From: Mycobacterium leprae TN
GTDB lineage: Bacteria > Actinomycetota > Actinomycetes > Mycobacteriales > Mycobacteriaceae
Length of the DNA: 32,000 nt
Assembly: GCF_000195855.1 (NCBI RefSeq)
Contig: NC_002677.1
Coordinates: 2,880,001-2,912,000 of the forward strand
Reading direction: 5' to 3'
The position numbers and the translations under genes are program-made. Of the stretch, positions 1 to 9,599 are shown one piece after another. Below the pieces are notes generated by a model. It had not been told where the DNA came from. It did no database searches and saw only the letters and a program-made list of their open reading frames with translations. The stretch's first letter is position 1, and each line of letters begins with the position of its first letter.

Positions 1-40
1 CTCCATTGGCTGCAGTACTCAGCCGTCCACCAACAAGTAT

Positions 41-1024
41 TCAGTCCACTCCCGCATACGAATGCAGACCTACAGTCACCAGGTTAACGAAAAACAGGTT
101 GAAGACCATAGCAACACACCCGACCACGTTGATCCACGCCGCCCTCCTGTCCCGCCATCCCGCGGTCGACCTGGCATGTAGATAAGCTGCGTATACTACC
201 CACGCAACAAAAGAAACCGTCTCCTTGGGATCCCAGCCCCAGTACCTGCCCCAGGCTTGCTCGGCCCAGATCGCACCAAAGATCACCCCGAAACCAAACA
301 CCGGAAACGCAAAGATCGTCGTTCGATAGGCGATCCGGTCCAGGGTCTGTGCGTCAGGGAACCGCCGCACCAGCCGGGCCAGTGCCTTTGCACCTTCGGG
401 GTCGGAGGCCACCAGCCGCGAGGTGCTCAGCAGGAACAAGATGCTGGCGATGCCGGCGACCAGGAAAATCCCCGAGCCGAGGCTGACCACCGACACGTGG
501 ATGGGCAGCCAGTAGGACTGCAGCGCCGGGATCACCGGTGCGGCGTTGGCGTAGAGCCACCGACCGGAAATCGTGAGCAGGATCAACACCGACACCAGCA
601 AGAAAACCCACAGCGGGCGGTACTGTCGCCGACGCAACACGATCGCGCCGGCGACCAGCTCGGAGAAGCAGGTCAGGTTAATGAACTCATACATATTGCC
701 CCAAGGCACACGCAGGGTGGCCAGGCCGCGCAGCAATATGCACGCTAGCAAGAGACCGATGCCAAGGTAGGCCACGGCCAACCCAGCCTGCCCGACACGT
801 TCGCCGAACGGCCGTTGCAGAGAGTCCACCACGATACCGGGGGTCCCGCTGTCGGCGGCGACCGACCCGGGCACCACCCGCGTGCGGTTGTCTAACCGGC
901 GGCTGCCAACGTACGCTAGCTCGTAAGCCAACAGTAGCAGAGCGACCACCAACGCCACCACGGCCGAGGTGAACGCCCAGTCGGAGTAGCACGCCAGGCC
1001 GATGTTGACGTGCAGAGTGTTCAT
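41..1024 (-). CDS. ccsA: Cytochrome c biogenesis protein CcsA/CcsB-type (System II heme handling membrane protein)
   Basis: 327-aa multi-TM ORF with tryptophan-rich motif WGRYWGWDPKETVSFVAWVVYAAYLHAR; adjacent to ResB and CcdA genes. Confidence 0.95.
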   Translation of the reverse strand: MNTLHVNIGLACYSDWAFTSAVVALVVALLLLAYELAYVGSRRLDNRTRVVPGSVAADSGTPGIVVDSLQRPFGERVGQAGLAVAYLGIGLLLACILLRGLATLRVPWGNMYEFINLTCFSELVAGAIVLRRRQYRPLWVFLLVSVLILLTISGRWLYANAAPVIPALQSYWLPIHVSVVSLGSGIFLVAGIASILFLLSTSRLVASDPEGAKALARLVRRFPDAQTLDRIAYRTTIFAFPVFGFGVIFGAIWAEQAWGRYWGWDPKETVSFVAWVVYAAYLHARSTAGWRDRRAAWINVVGCVAMVFNLFFVNLVTVGLHSYAGVD

Positions 1025-2649
1025 TTGACGTCCATTTGAGAACTCCTTCTGGCCGCTGCAAGCGTCCGGTCAGCCGCGACGAGCCCGGCCAATAGCCGCT
1101 CCGTCAATCGCTCGAATTCATCGCCCCATCCGGAATTGTCGGTGCGGGCCAGGCCGCCTAGTTCGACGTTCACCGTACCGGCCGCCGGGGTGAGCCTGAC
1201 CCACACCCGGCGACGACGCACCATCAGCGACACCACTAGCCCGACCATCATCGCTATGGCGAAAACAAATACCCAAGCCTGGCCGGGATCATGTGACACC
1301 TGCAAATTGACGAACGGCACAGCCCCATCGAAGCGCACCACGGTGCCAGCCCCTGGACCTTGGCCAAGCCGGACCTGTTCGCCGGCCTGCAGATTGACCC
1401 GTTTCTCTTTGGTCAGCCGGCCCTGATTGATCAGCCGGGGATCCAGAGTGAACAACGACTGAGGCCGCCCGCTGTCCAGGCCGGTATCGCCGCGGTAAAT
1501 GTCGATGGCTACCGCGGGGGCGTTCAGCGCTGGGAAACGCGACAACAACAAGGTGCCGTCTAGCTGCTCGGTCGGTGCCAACAGGCCTTGGATCGCGATC
1601 TCGTGTTGACGACGCTCGCTCATGTTGGGATAGCTGCCTGCGGGTGGGTCGATGCGCACCACGCCCGACGACAGTAGCGTCTGCTGGTTTTCAGGTCGCC
1701 ATTGCACGGTCGACGTGCGCGTCTGTCCGTCGGGGAATGTCACAGTGAAGGTGGGCGCGTAGCCGTGGCCCTGCAAGTACACCCGGTTACCGGCGACGCG
1801 CAGTGGGTGGTTGACTTCCAACCGGTAGGGCCGCCAGCTATTCACCGTCAAATCGTGACCATCCTGATAGTCAATATCCGCAGTAAACGACATAGCCTGT
1901 CCCGAGGGCAAGTAATGTGCCGCAAAGTCGTTTACCCGAATGCAAATCGGATGCAACGAAGTTCCGTCGACGGTGTTGCCGGCACGGAACGCATCGAATG
2001 CAGCCGGCGATGCTGAGCAAAAGCCAGGTCCACCGTCAGCGATGACAACAACATTGCCCTCGTAACCGAACAGCTTGTCGACGGCCACCGCAACCAGCAG
2101 GCCCAGCAGCGAAAAGTGAAAGACCAGGTTGCCGAATTCACGCAGGTAACCCTTTTCAGCGGACACCACGGTTTCGGGGACTACACCGTCTTGAGTGCGA
2201 ATGACCGTGCGCCAGCCGCGCAGCCTGCCAGCGATGGTGCCCGCTAGAGTCTTGTCATCACCGATGACCTGGAAGCTGGCGTGCTTGGGCAGCCGGGCCA
2301 GGTTGCGTGGGGCAATCACCGGCATGGCGCGCAGACTGCGGGCATGCTCGATCATCCGCGGGGTCAGACAGCCGACGAGGGATACGAACAGTAACGTGTA
2401 GATGGCGGTGAACCAGACGCTGGAAAACACGTTGAAGGCCTGCAACTGGTCCAGCCACGACCCGATTACCGGGTGAGCAGCCACGTAGTCGTCGACCTTG
2501 CCAACGTTGAGGTCGCGCTGCGGCAGCAACGCACCGGGTATAGCGCCAAGCGCAAGCAAAAACAACAGCACCAGCGCAGTACCCATCGAGGTAAGCGCAC
2601 GCCACGTGTTGCGCACCCAGGCCAGAAGCCGCATGAGAACCTGCATCAA
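1021..2649 (-). CDS. resB: ResB-family cytochrome c biogenesis protein
   Basis: 542-aa ORF with N-terminal TM region (RNTWRALTSMGTALVLLFLLALGAIPGALLPQR), large extracytoplasmic domain and C-terminal TM; 4-nt overlap with ccsA. Confidence 0.93.
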   Translation of the reverse strand: MMQVLMRLLAWVRNTWRALTSMGTALVLLFLLALGAIPGALLPQRDLNVGKVDDYVAAHPVIGSWLDQLQAFNVFSSVWFTAIYTLLFVSLVGCLTPRMIEHARSLRAMPVIAPRNLARLPKHASFQVIGDDKTLAGTIAGRLRGWRTVIRTQDGVVPETVVSAEKGYLREFGNLVFHFSLLGLLVAVAVDKLFGYEGNVVVIADGGPGFCSASPAAFDAFRAGNTVDGTSLHPICIRVNDFAAHYLPSGQAMSFTADIDYQDGHDLTVNSWRPYRLEVNHPLRVAGNRVYLQGHGYAPTFTVTFPDGQTRTSTVQWRPENQQTLLSSGVVRIDPPAGSYPNMSERRQHEIAIQGLLAPTEQLDGTLLLSRFPALNAPAVAIDIYRGDTGLDSGRPQSLFTLDPRLINQGRLTKEKRVNLQAGEQVRLGQGPGAGTVVRFDGAVPFVNLQVSHDPGQAWVFVFAIAMMVGLVVSLMVRRRRVWVRLTPAAGTVNVELGGLARTDNSGWGDEFERLTERLLAGLVAADRTLAAARRSSQMDVK

Positions 2650-3434
2650 ATCGACACCCTCATGTCACTGACGACGGCATCCCTCAGCCACGAAACAAAG
2701 TCATCCCACACCCCGGCGATCAGTGCCGCACCGATCGCTATCAGGAGCATGCCGCCAAAGACTTGGATGGCCCGGCCGTATTGCCGTAACCACCTCAAGC
2801 CGGCCACCGCCTGCGCAGAACCGGACGCTAACAGCACGAACGGGATTCCTAAGCCCATGCAGTAGGCAATTACCAGTAGAATCCCGCGCGTCACATTTAC
2901 GCCGTCGGTGGCCGCAGCAACCGTGATTACCCCACTCAACGTCGGCCCTAAGCACGGCGTCCAGCCGAGCGCAAATACTGTGCCAAGCACCGGCGCCCCC
3001 GCCACCGTCGTCAACTGCCGCAAGCTAAACTGAACCTGGCGCTGCAAGGCAGGGAGCAAACCCACGAACACCAGCCCCATCACTATGGTCAGCACACCTC
3101 CGACCCGCTGCAGCAGCACCTGATGGGTGGTCAGCACAGTGGTCATCCCCAGGACGGCGACGGTGTCGAGGACGAACACCGTGGTGAACCCAGCAACGAA
3201 CAGCACCGCGGATCCTGCCACCCGCCATCTGGCGGCAGGTGGGGTTTTGATCACACCGGCCCCTGGCTGCGTCTCTTCGTGAGAAACACCAACGACCGCC
3301 GCCAGATACGAGAGGTAGCCAGGCACCAGCGGCACCACACACGGTGAGACAAACGACACCAGCCCCGCTAGCATACACACCCCTAGCGCCACCAACAGCG
3401 GTCCCGCTGCGGCAATCTCGGTGAAGCCGGTCAT
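2646..3434 (-). CDS. ccdA: CcdA-like thiol-disulfide transport membrane protein
   Basis: 262 aa; motif GLVSFVSPCVVPLVPGYLSYLAAVVG and FALGWTPCLGPTLSGV typical of CcdA/DsbD transmembrane domain; 4-nt overlap with resB. Confidence 0.94.
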   Translation of the reverse strand: MTGFTEIAAAGPLLVALGVCMLAGLVSFVSPCVVPLVPGYLSYLAAVVGVSHEETQPGAGVIKTPPAARWRVAGSAVLFVAGFTTVFVLDTVAVLGMTTVLTTHQVLLQRVGGVLTIVMGLVFVGLLPALQRQVQFSLRQLTTVAGAPVLGTVFALGWTPCLGPTLSGVITVAAATDGVNVTRGILLVIAYCMGLGIPFVLLASGSAQAVAGLRWLRQYGRAIQVFGGMLLIAIGAALIAGVWDDFVSWLRDAVVSDMRVSI

Positions 3435-4099
3435 GACGTTCCCCGCGGCAGTTGACCCGCCACGGTTTCGTGCGCCACCCTAGCCACCACAGGTTGCAAA
3501 TCCCCGGCGAGCAATTCCCGCAGAAATACCGCCGCGACCCGATGCTGACGGTCCAGCACCAACGTGAATGGGATCACGGTGGTCGGGTATTTGTCGCCGA
3601 AAGCAATCAGAGTCCGCATCGCCGGGTCGTAGATCGACGGGAACGTGACCTGGCGGTCGTTGACGAAATCCTGGGCCGCCTGGCGGTTGTTATCGCGGAC
3701 ATCGATACCGAGGAAGGATACTCCGGAATCTCGGGTAGCATTATAGACCTGCTGCAGTTGGGTCACTTCGGTCCGGCAAGGCCCACACCACTGGCCCCAA
3801 ACATTAATAACGACAACGTTTCCCGTGAAGTCGTCCAGCGCGACCGTCCGCTCAGGATCCGCCAGATCCAGCCCGGACAGCGGCCCCGGGCGGCCACGGC
3901 TCGCGGGTGGCTCGTAGAAGATGTCGGTCTTGCCGTCGGGCGAGACAAATTCAAAGGTGCCGCCTTGGACTACCGCATCGCGACCCGAACAGCCCGCTAG
4001 CAGGGTCGCCAACAGTGCACCGGCGTTCGCCAGCCGCCAGATTATCGTGGCACCACTCCTCCGCATCGCTTCGCTCTGCATCGTCGCCGGCGCTATCAA
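3431..4099 (-). CDS. Thioredoxin-like/TlpA-ResA-type lipoprotein
   Basis: 222 aa; VVVINVWGQWCGPCRTEVTQL active site (WCGPC) and lipobox-like LLATLLAGCSG. Confidence 0.93.
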   Translation of the reverse strand: MIAPATMQSEAMRRSGATIIWRLANAGALLATLLAGCSGRDAVVQGGTFEFVSPDGKTDIFYEPPASRGRPGPLSGLDLADPERTVALDDFTGNVVVINVWGQWCGPCRTEVTQLQQVYNATRDSGVSFLGIDVRDNNRQAAQDFVNDRQVTFPSIYDPAMRTLIAFGDKYPTTVIPFTLVLDRQHRVAAVFLRELLAGDLQPVVARVAHETVAGQLPRGTS

Positions 4100-4704
4100 G
4101 TGCCCGCCGGCTGGGAATACTCCACCTCGACCAGCCGGTCATCGTCGTAGACAAAGGTCGTAACCGAGGCCAACGCACAGTCTCGGCGCCGCGGATCGTG
4201 CCAAAGTCGCTTGCCGGTCAAGTGTAGCCGCAACGTCCACACAGGTAGTTGATGGCTGACACACACCACCTCATGGCCGGCGCCGCGGGTACGTGCCTTG
4301 TCCATCGCAGTCGTCATCCGAGCAGCAATTTCGATGTAGGATTCCCCCCATGACGGGGTGAATGGGTTGCGCAGCTGCCACCACAACCGAGGGTCCCGCC
4401 AGGTGCTGCCGCCCAGGCCGACACGTCGCCCCTCGAAGAAACTGACCGATTCGATCAGATCGGGGTCGGTGTCCACGGGCAGGTTGTGCTTCTCAGCAAT
4501 GGGTGCCGCAGTCTCCTGTGCCCGCTGTAGCGGAGAAGCGATTACCGCAACGACATCACGGTCGGCCAACGCATCAGCGACTGCGGCCACTTGCGCTCTA
4601 CCCGTCTCAGACAGGCCAAACCCGGCGAGTCGACCGTAGAGGATCCCGGTGGGGTTGTCCACCTCACCGTGACGCACCACATGGACCCGATTATGTTCGG
4701 CCAT
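4096..4704 (-). CDS. Histidine phosphatase / phosphoglycerate mutase-family protein
   Basis: 202 aa; VHVVRHGEVDNPTGILYGRL RHG signature and VVCVSHQLPVW. Confidence 0.92.
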   Translation of the reverse strand: MAEHNRVHVVRHGEVDNPTGILYGRLAGFGLSETGRAQVAAVADALADRDVVAVIASPLQRAQETAAPIAEKHNLPVDTDPDLIESVSFFEGRRVGLGGSTWRDPRLWWQLRNPFTPSWGESYIEIAARMTTAMDKARTRGAGHEVVCVSHQLPVWTLRLHLTGKRLWHDPRRRDCALASVTTFVYDDDRLVEVEYSQPAGT

Positions 4705-6068
4705 CAGGACTCCCGATGCCGGGCGGCGACTGCGGCAGCGGCCGCACCGGGCAGAGCATCAACGATGCGACCGAACGCGGCGTCGTCGAGAGCGGCCGAG
4801 ACAAACCACGCCTCGAACGTACTGCACGGCGGGTAGACGCCCGCGTCCAGCAAGGCATGAAAAAACGCCGGATAACGCCAGACCTGGCTGTTGCAAGCGG
4901 ACGCAAAGTCGGTCACAGGCGCTTCGGAAAAGAACACGCTGAACATATTGCCGGCACGCGGAATCTGATGTGGAACACCGGCATCCGTAAGCGCCTCAGA
5001 CAGCATTGCAACCAACCGGTCGGCGTTGCGGTCCAGTGTAGCATAAACTGCGTCGGCGGCAGCCCGTAGCGTTGCCAGCCCGGCGGCCATCGCCACCGGG
5101 TTACCCGACAGAGTCCCCGCCTGATACACCGGCCCCAACGGCGCCAGCCTCTCCATCACCTCAGCTCGCCCGCCGAACGCAGCGGCCGGCATTCCGCCGC
5201 TCATCACCTTCCCGAAGATGAACAAGTCAGCGGCGACCGGATCGAGCCCGTACCAACCACTTCGGCTGACCCGGAAACCGGTCATCACCTCGTCGATGAT
5301 CAGTAGCGCACCATGCTCTGCGGTGATCGCGCGCAGCGCCGCGTTGTAGCCGGGCGCGGGTGGGACAACTCCCATATTGCCGGGACTCGCTTCGGTAATC
5401 ACCGCGGCGATCTGGTCCCCCAACCGGGCAAACGTCTGCCGAACGGCCTCGATGTCATTGTAGGGCAACACAATTGTGTCAGCTGCGGCGGCTCCAGTCA
5501 CTCCCGGCGAGGACGGTAGGCTCAGCGTCGCCACCCCAGAGCCCGCGTCGGCTAATAGCGCGTCCACATGGCCGTGATAGCAGCCAGAGAACTTTATGAT
5601 CTTGGTCCGTCCGGTGAATCCACGGGCCAACCGGACCGCGCTCATGGTGGCTTCAGTGCCAGAGTTCACCAGCCGTATTCGCTCGACGGGCGCCATCCGC
5701 CCGATGATCTCGGCGGCCAGCTGCGTCTCCGCCGGAGTCGGTGCCCCGAACGACAGCCCGGAGGCAGCAACGGTAGCGACAGCGTCAACCACGGCGGGAT
5801 GCGCATGACCGAGGATCATCGGCCCCCACGAGCAGACCAGATCGACATAGCGGCGGCCGTCGGCGTCGGTTAGCCAGCAACCGCGCGCTTCGGTGATGAA
5901 GAGCGGGGTGCCACCGACCGCCGAGAAGGCGCGTACCGGGGAGTTCACCCCACCGGGAATGACGGCGCAGGCATCCTCAAACAGCTTCGCCGAAATGCTT
6001 ACGGCTGGGCCGGCCGGTGCGGTTGCCTGGTCAGTGCTGCCCACGATTACCAGTGTTCCAGCCTCCAC
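4704..6068 (-). CDS. hemL: Glutamate-1-semialdehyde 2,1-aminomutase
   Basis: 454 aa; [28 protein letters not shown]-like and [22 protein letters not shown]-lysine motif. Confidence 0.97.
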   Translation of the reverse strand: MEAGTLVIVGSTDQATAPAGPAVSISAKLFEDACAVIPGGVNSPVRAFSAVGGTPLFITEARGCWLTDADGRRYVDLVCSWGPMILGHAHPAVVDAVATVAASGLSFGAPTPAETQLAAEIIGRMAPVERIRLVNSGTEATMSAVRLARGFTGRTKIIKFSGCYHGHVDALLADAGSGVATLSLPSSPGVTGAAAADTIVLPYNDIEAVRQTFARLGDQIAAVITEASPGNMGVVPPAPGYNAALRAITAEHGALLIIDEVMTGFRVSRSGWYGLDPVAADLFIFGKVMSGGMPAAAFGGRAEVMERLAPLGPVYQAGTLSGNPVAMAAGLATLRAAADAVYATLDRNADRLVAMLSEALTDAGVPHQIPRAGNMFSVFFSEAPVTDFASACNSQVWRYPAFFHALLDAGVYPPCSTFEAWFVSAALDDAAFGRIVDALPGAAAAAVAARHRES

Positions 6069-7114
6069 GACTCGTTGAACTACAGGGTGTAAGAATTCGG
6101 CGCAACTTTAGGTCGGCCCAAGTCGACAAGTTGGATAACGACATGCAACTACACTCAATGGCTAGCCCAATAACCCGCCCGGACCGCACATCAACAGTCC
6201 CATTAAGCAGCCGTGTGCCAGCTGGCTACCCATGTACAGCACTCTCGGACACGTCGAGCGGAGATCCGACAAAGCTTACAGCAAACCGTTGGTGGTGTTT
6301 CACGACAACATCAACGAACAGCTCGGGTTTGCGATCCTGCTGACATAAGGCTCCGACCGTGACTGACTGAATAACCTCAGCGCAGCAAGATGTGGGAGGC
6401 TGCGCCGCAGCAGCAAAAGCTACAGTGTCACCGACCCCCAGTTCACCGCTAAGGCCGATGCGGCCCAACACGTACGTATCGGCCGGCGGCCTTCCGCGAG
6501 GCCGCCTGCCTAGCAAGCAGTGCTGATCACTCCGACCGCGTGAGTGTTAACCCGCACGGTGGTCGAATTGTTTAATCCCGGCGGCCCAGCCCGCATCAGC
6601 GCAGGCGCCAGACTTGGGGGTGCTCACTGCACTGATCCGGCCAAAAACCAGCTTGCGGTACTGCTTTACGCAGCGTGGCGTTCCACATACAGATGGCGTC
6701 CTGGCGTCGCTGTCCTGCTGATCAACAAAACCGACCAACGGCAGATCCGGAATGCGGAGCCATCTTCCTCATTGCCGACGAAGGACAAGCAACGAGCGCA
6801 GCCACCACACCAAGTAGACTTTGATATTTAGACCTGGATAGAAATATCGCCAAAGACATCCTGGTTCACGACAGAGGAAGAGAATATTTTCACGTTTCCA
6901 CGAGTTGGGACACCACGCGAACCGACGATCATCATCGGCTAAATCGTCGTGAGCCTGGGCTGAAACACTGCCTCATGATATGTGCACTGATGATTGTCAG
7001 CCGTTGGCTGATGTAGCTTCGGTGCCGTTGACCTGGTTAAAGCCCTGTTCCTAAAATGTGGACATCTATCCATAGCTTATGGTATCATAATGTCATAATA
7101 ATAATAAGGACTAC

Positions 7115-7250
7115 AGAGATGACTCTGTGTCTGCTAACTGAGCTAAACAGACACATTCAAGAATTACGACTTCGTCACAAGTCCATCCGCCAACGAGGTT
7201 ATCAAACAAGCACTGGTCGAATACCTGAAGGCCAAACGCTCGCACCGACA
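7115..7250 (+). pseudogene. Possible ribbon-helix-helix-type antitoxin relic preceding the Doc/Fic relic
   Basis: Two frames together read ...LTELNRHIQELRLRHKSIRQ then SANEVIKQALVEYLKAKR, resembling an RHH antitoxin (helix plus NEVIKQAL). Weak, frameshifted match. Confidence 0.35.
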
Positions 7251-7321
7251 TGGTACGAGGCGCCTTCGAAAGAGTGCTTCAACAGAACACCGTTACGTTA
7301 GAGAAGTTGGAACACTTCCGA

Positions 7322-7609
7322 TGACAATGTGGTCGACTACTGACGACGCGGAGCAATCCAATGCATGGTTTGTCGGCCCTGATATGCTGCGGGATGTCGG
7401 CCTCCTGGAGGCTGCGACTCCAGGTTACTACGTTCGGTAACGACATATATCCGATGCTGCACGAGAAAGCGGCCGTGTTGCTGCACAGCTTGCTTCAGAA
7501 CCATCCGTTCATCGACGGGGCGTGCCGCCCCCACTCTTTGGGATCTTACGGTACATCGCCTCTACCGATATCAGCAAACGTGATCATGATCAGCGCTACG
7601 ATCAGGTAG
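7322..7609 (+). pseudogene. Doc/Fic-family (death-on-curing) toxin relic
   Basis: Two frames joined: [19 protein letters not shown] then [31 protein letters not shown]; matches Doc pattern GLLEAA...YPTL.EKAAALLHSL.RNH.FVDGN. Catalytic motif reads HPFIDGACR with downstream coding lost. Confidence 0.72.
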
Positions 7610-8119
7610 ACGCTCAGCATCATCGACACCCCCACCAGCGTGGACGGACTGGCAGTCACCACGGCAGCCAAGTGCCGATCCGTCCAGTTTCCATGCAAAC
7701 AGCGCGATTCAAAATCGCACCGCGTGCCTGCTCATAACCTTAGCTCGGTGTCGACTTCGATCGGAAGCACAAGAAAGATAACCAGCACTCTGGACTCGGA
7801 CTTCCGGAACTTGCCGAACGCCCTCCGTGATATCCTAATGCCGAATAGTTCGAGCATATAAACATATGCTCGAGCCGTCCAGTGAGCGCGCTAGTCTAGC
7901 TCCATCGCTCTGCGAGGATGCAGACTTTAATTGCAAGAACACTAAATGATCCCCGGTAGGATCAAACCAGTCAGGGATAGCGAGACTGTGATTCGCGACG
8001 GTTTAGCACTTCGAATATGTCTCGAATAACTCCGTTCCCCAAAAAACGTCGTTGACGACTAGCAACTTCCTTGGCCTTACCGCCGAGCAGCATCTAGTGT
8101 GCAGCCGATCCACGCCGGC

Positions 8120-9492
8120 CAGTTAACAAGGAAGTACAACGTAATCACGACGAACCACGACAACAGAATGAGTCAGAGTTGGGTGTGTTCGCTGCGATCG
8201 AACGCCATACGCAGCAGAACCCACGATGCCGACGAGAGGAAGTATGGAAAACCCTGAGAATAAACACATTTTGACCCGAAGCTTATCCGGAGACATCCCG
8301 GCTGCGAAGAACAATTTGGGACAACGTAATCAATATGTAAACGCATAAGGTAATCAATATGTAAACGCATAAGACGATGGCGCTGACGAGTCGAAGAGTA
8401 AGGCGACACCGTACCGGGCGCGAGCCAAGCCATCACGATGCAGCCGATACCTACCACCAACGAGCACAAAATCGCTACGTACGCTAACCCACGCCGGCTG
8501 AGCTTGACCCAGTTGGGCCGGTGCCCCTTCGGGCTGACCGTCTAGCACGAATAACATGCGCGACGCTGTGTATATGCCCGAAGTTCGGGTAAAAAGGAGT
8601 ATGGCGGTGAGCGCCACCGCATTCATGATTTTATCCGCACCGAAAATATGTATCCACTTTAACACAACCACTTAGGGTGAGGCACCGACTTGCACAGAAT
8701 CCCACGGCAACAGCACAACCAGCAGAAAGACTGAACCGATGAAAAACACCACGATACGAGCGACCACGGTGTTGGTCGCGTACTGTACCGCGCACTCAGA
8801 GTTGGAGGTTTCGACGGCGGCGATGGTAGCTAATTTCCGCGCCGACCATGGAGGAGATCGCGACCCACGATGACGGCACAAACAAACGGCCCCCACACCA
8901 TTCGGGAAAAATCCGCCATGCTAACCGAGGTTGGACAAATCCAGTTGACAATGTGGCCACAGCCCGAGGACGAACAATGTTCCGACACCCAGAAAAACCA
9001 CAATGATAGCGACTTTGATTCCAGCGAAAAGACATTCGAACTCCCCGTAGGATGCGACGGAGAACAGATTGGTCACGGATCATGACCATCAGGATTAGTG
9101 CAGGCAGCCACAACGGCGTATGGAGCCAGTAAGTGATGACCTACCCGCCAGCGACAGCCGCGAATCCGACCACAATTACCCATAAGTACCGGTACAGCGA
9201 GCCAACCGAGAAGCCAGCCCAGCCACCAAAGGCTTGTCCCACAAGAGTCGGCGAACGATCCCGTGCAAAGGTTCGCGGCAACCATCTCGCCGAGCATACG
9301 CATCACGAGAATGCTCAACACATCGCAAACCGCGTAAGTCAGGAACGCAGCGGAGCCAGCCGCGTGGATTACCACGCCAGAACCGCCAAACAACCCGGAG
9401 CCAATCCGCCGCCGATGGCGATCATGTTGAGCTAACGCTGCGACAGGCCTTGGCGCAGCTCTTATGGAGTTACCCATGGCTTGCCATTTCAT
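8120..9492 (-). pseudogene. gabP: Amino-acid permease (GabP/APC family) pseudogene
   Basis: Recognisable segments in several frames: IGSGLFGGSGVVIHAAGSAAFLTYAV...LVMRMLGEMVAAN..TGSFAD; TNTVVARIVVFFIGSVFLLVVLLPWDSVQVGASP; SGIYTASRMLFVL. Position matches Rv0522. Boundaries approximate. Confidence 0.9.
8326..8373. repeat. Perfect 24-bp tandem duplication inside the gabP pseudogene
   Basis: gtaatcaatatgtaaacgcataag at 8326-8349 and 8350-8373. Confidence 0.97.
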
Positions 9493-9599
9493 GGGTCCTC
9501 CTGACGCGCCCCGTCCCCTAATGTTGGTCTCTAACCACAACAGACATCAGGGGGCGGAGCACCACTCGGTGGCATACGGCATACGGTGTGGGGCTATCG

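Noticed and set aside
3452-4000. 182-aa + strand ORF antisense to the thioredoxin-like gene
   Set aside because: No recognisable motif, and the opposite strand carries an unmistakable WCGPC thioredoxin-like protein.
7056-7301. 81-aa + ORF considered as an intact small gene
   Set aside because: Only its middle resembles an RHH antitoxin and the similarity continues in a different frame, so it is better explained as part of a frameshifted relic.
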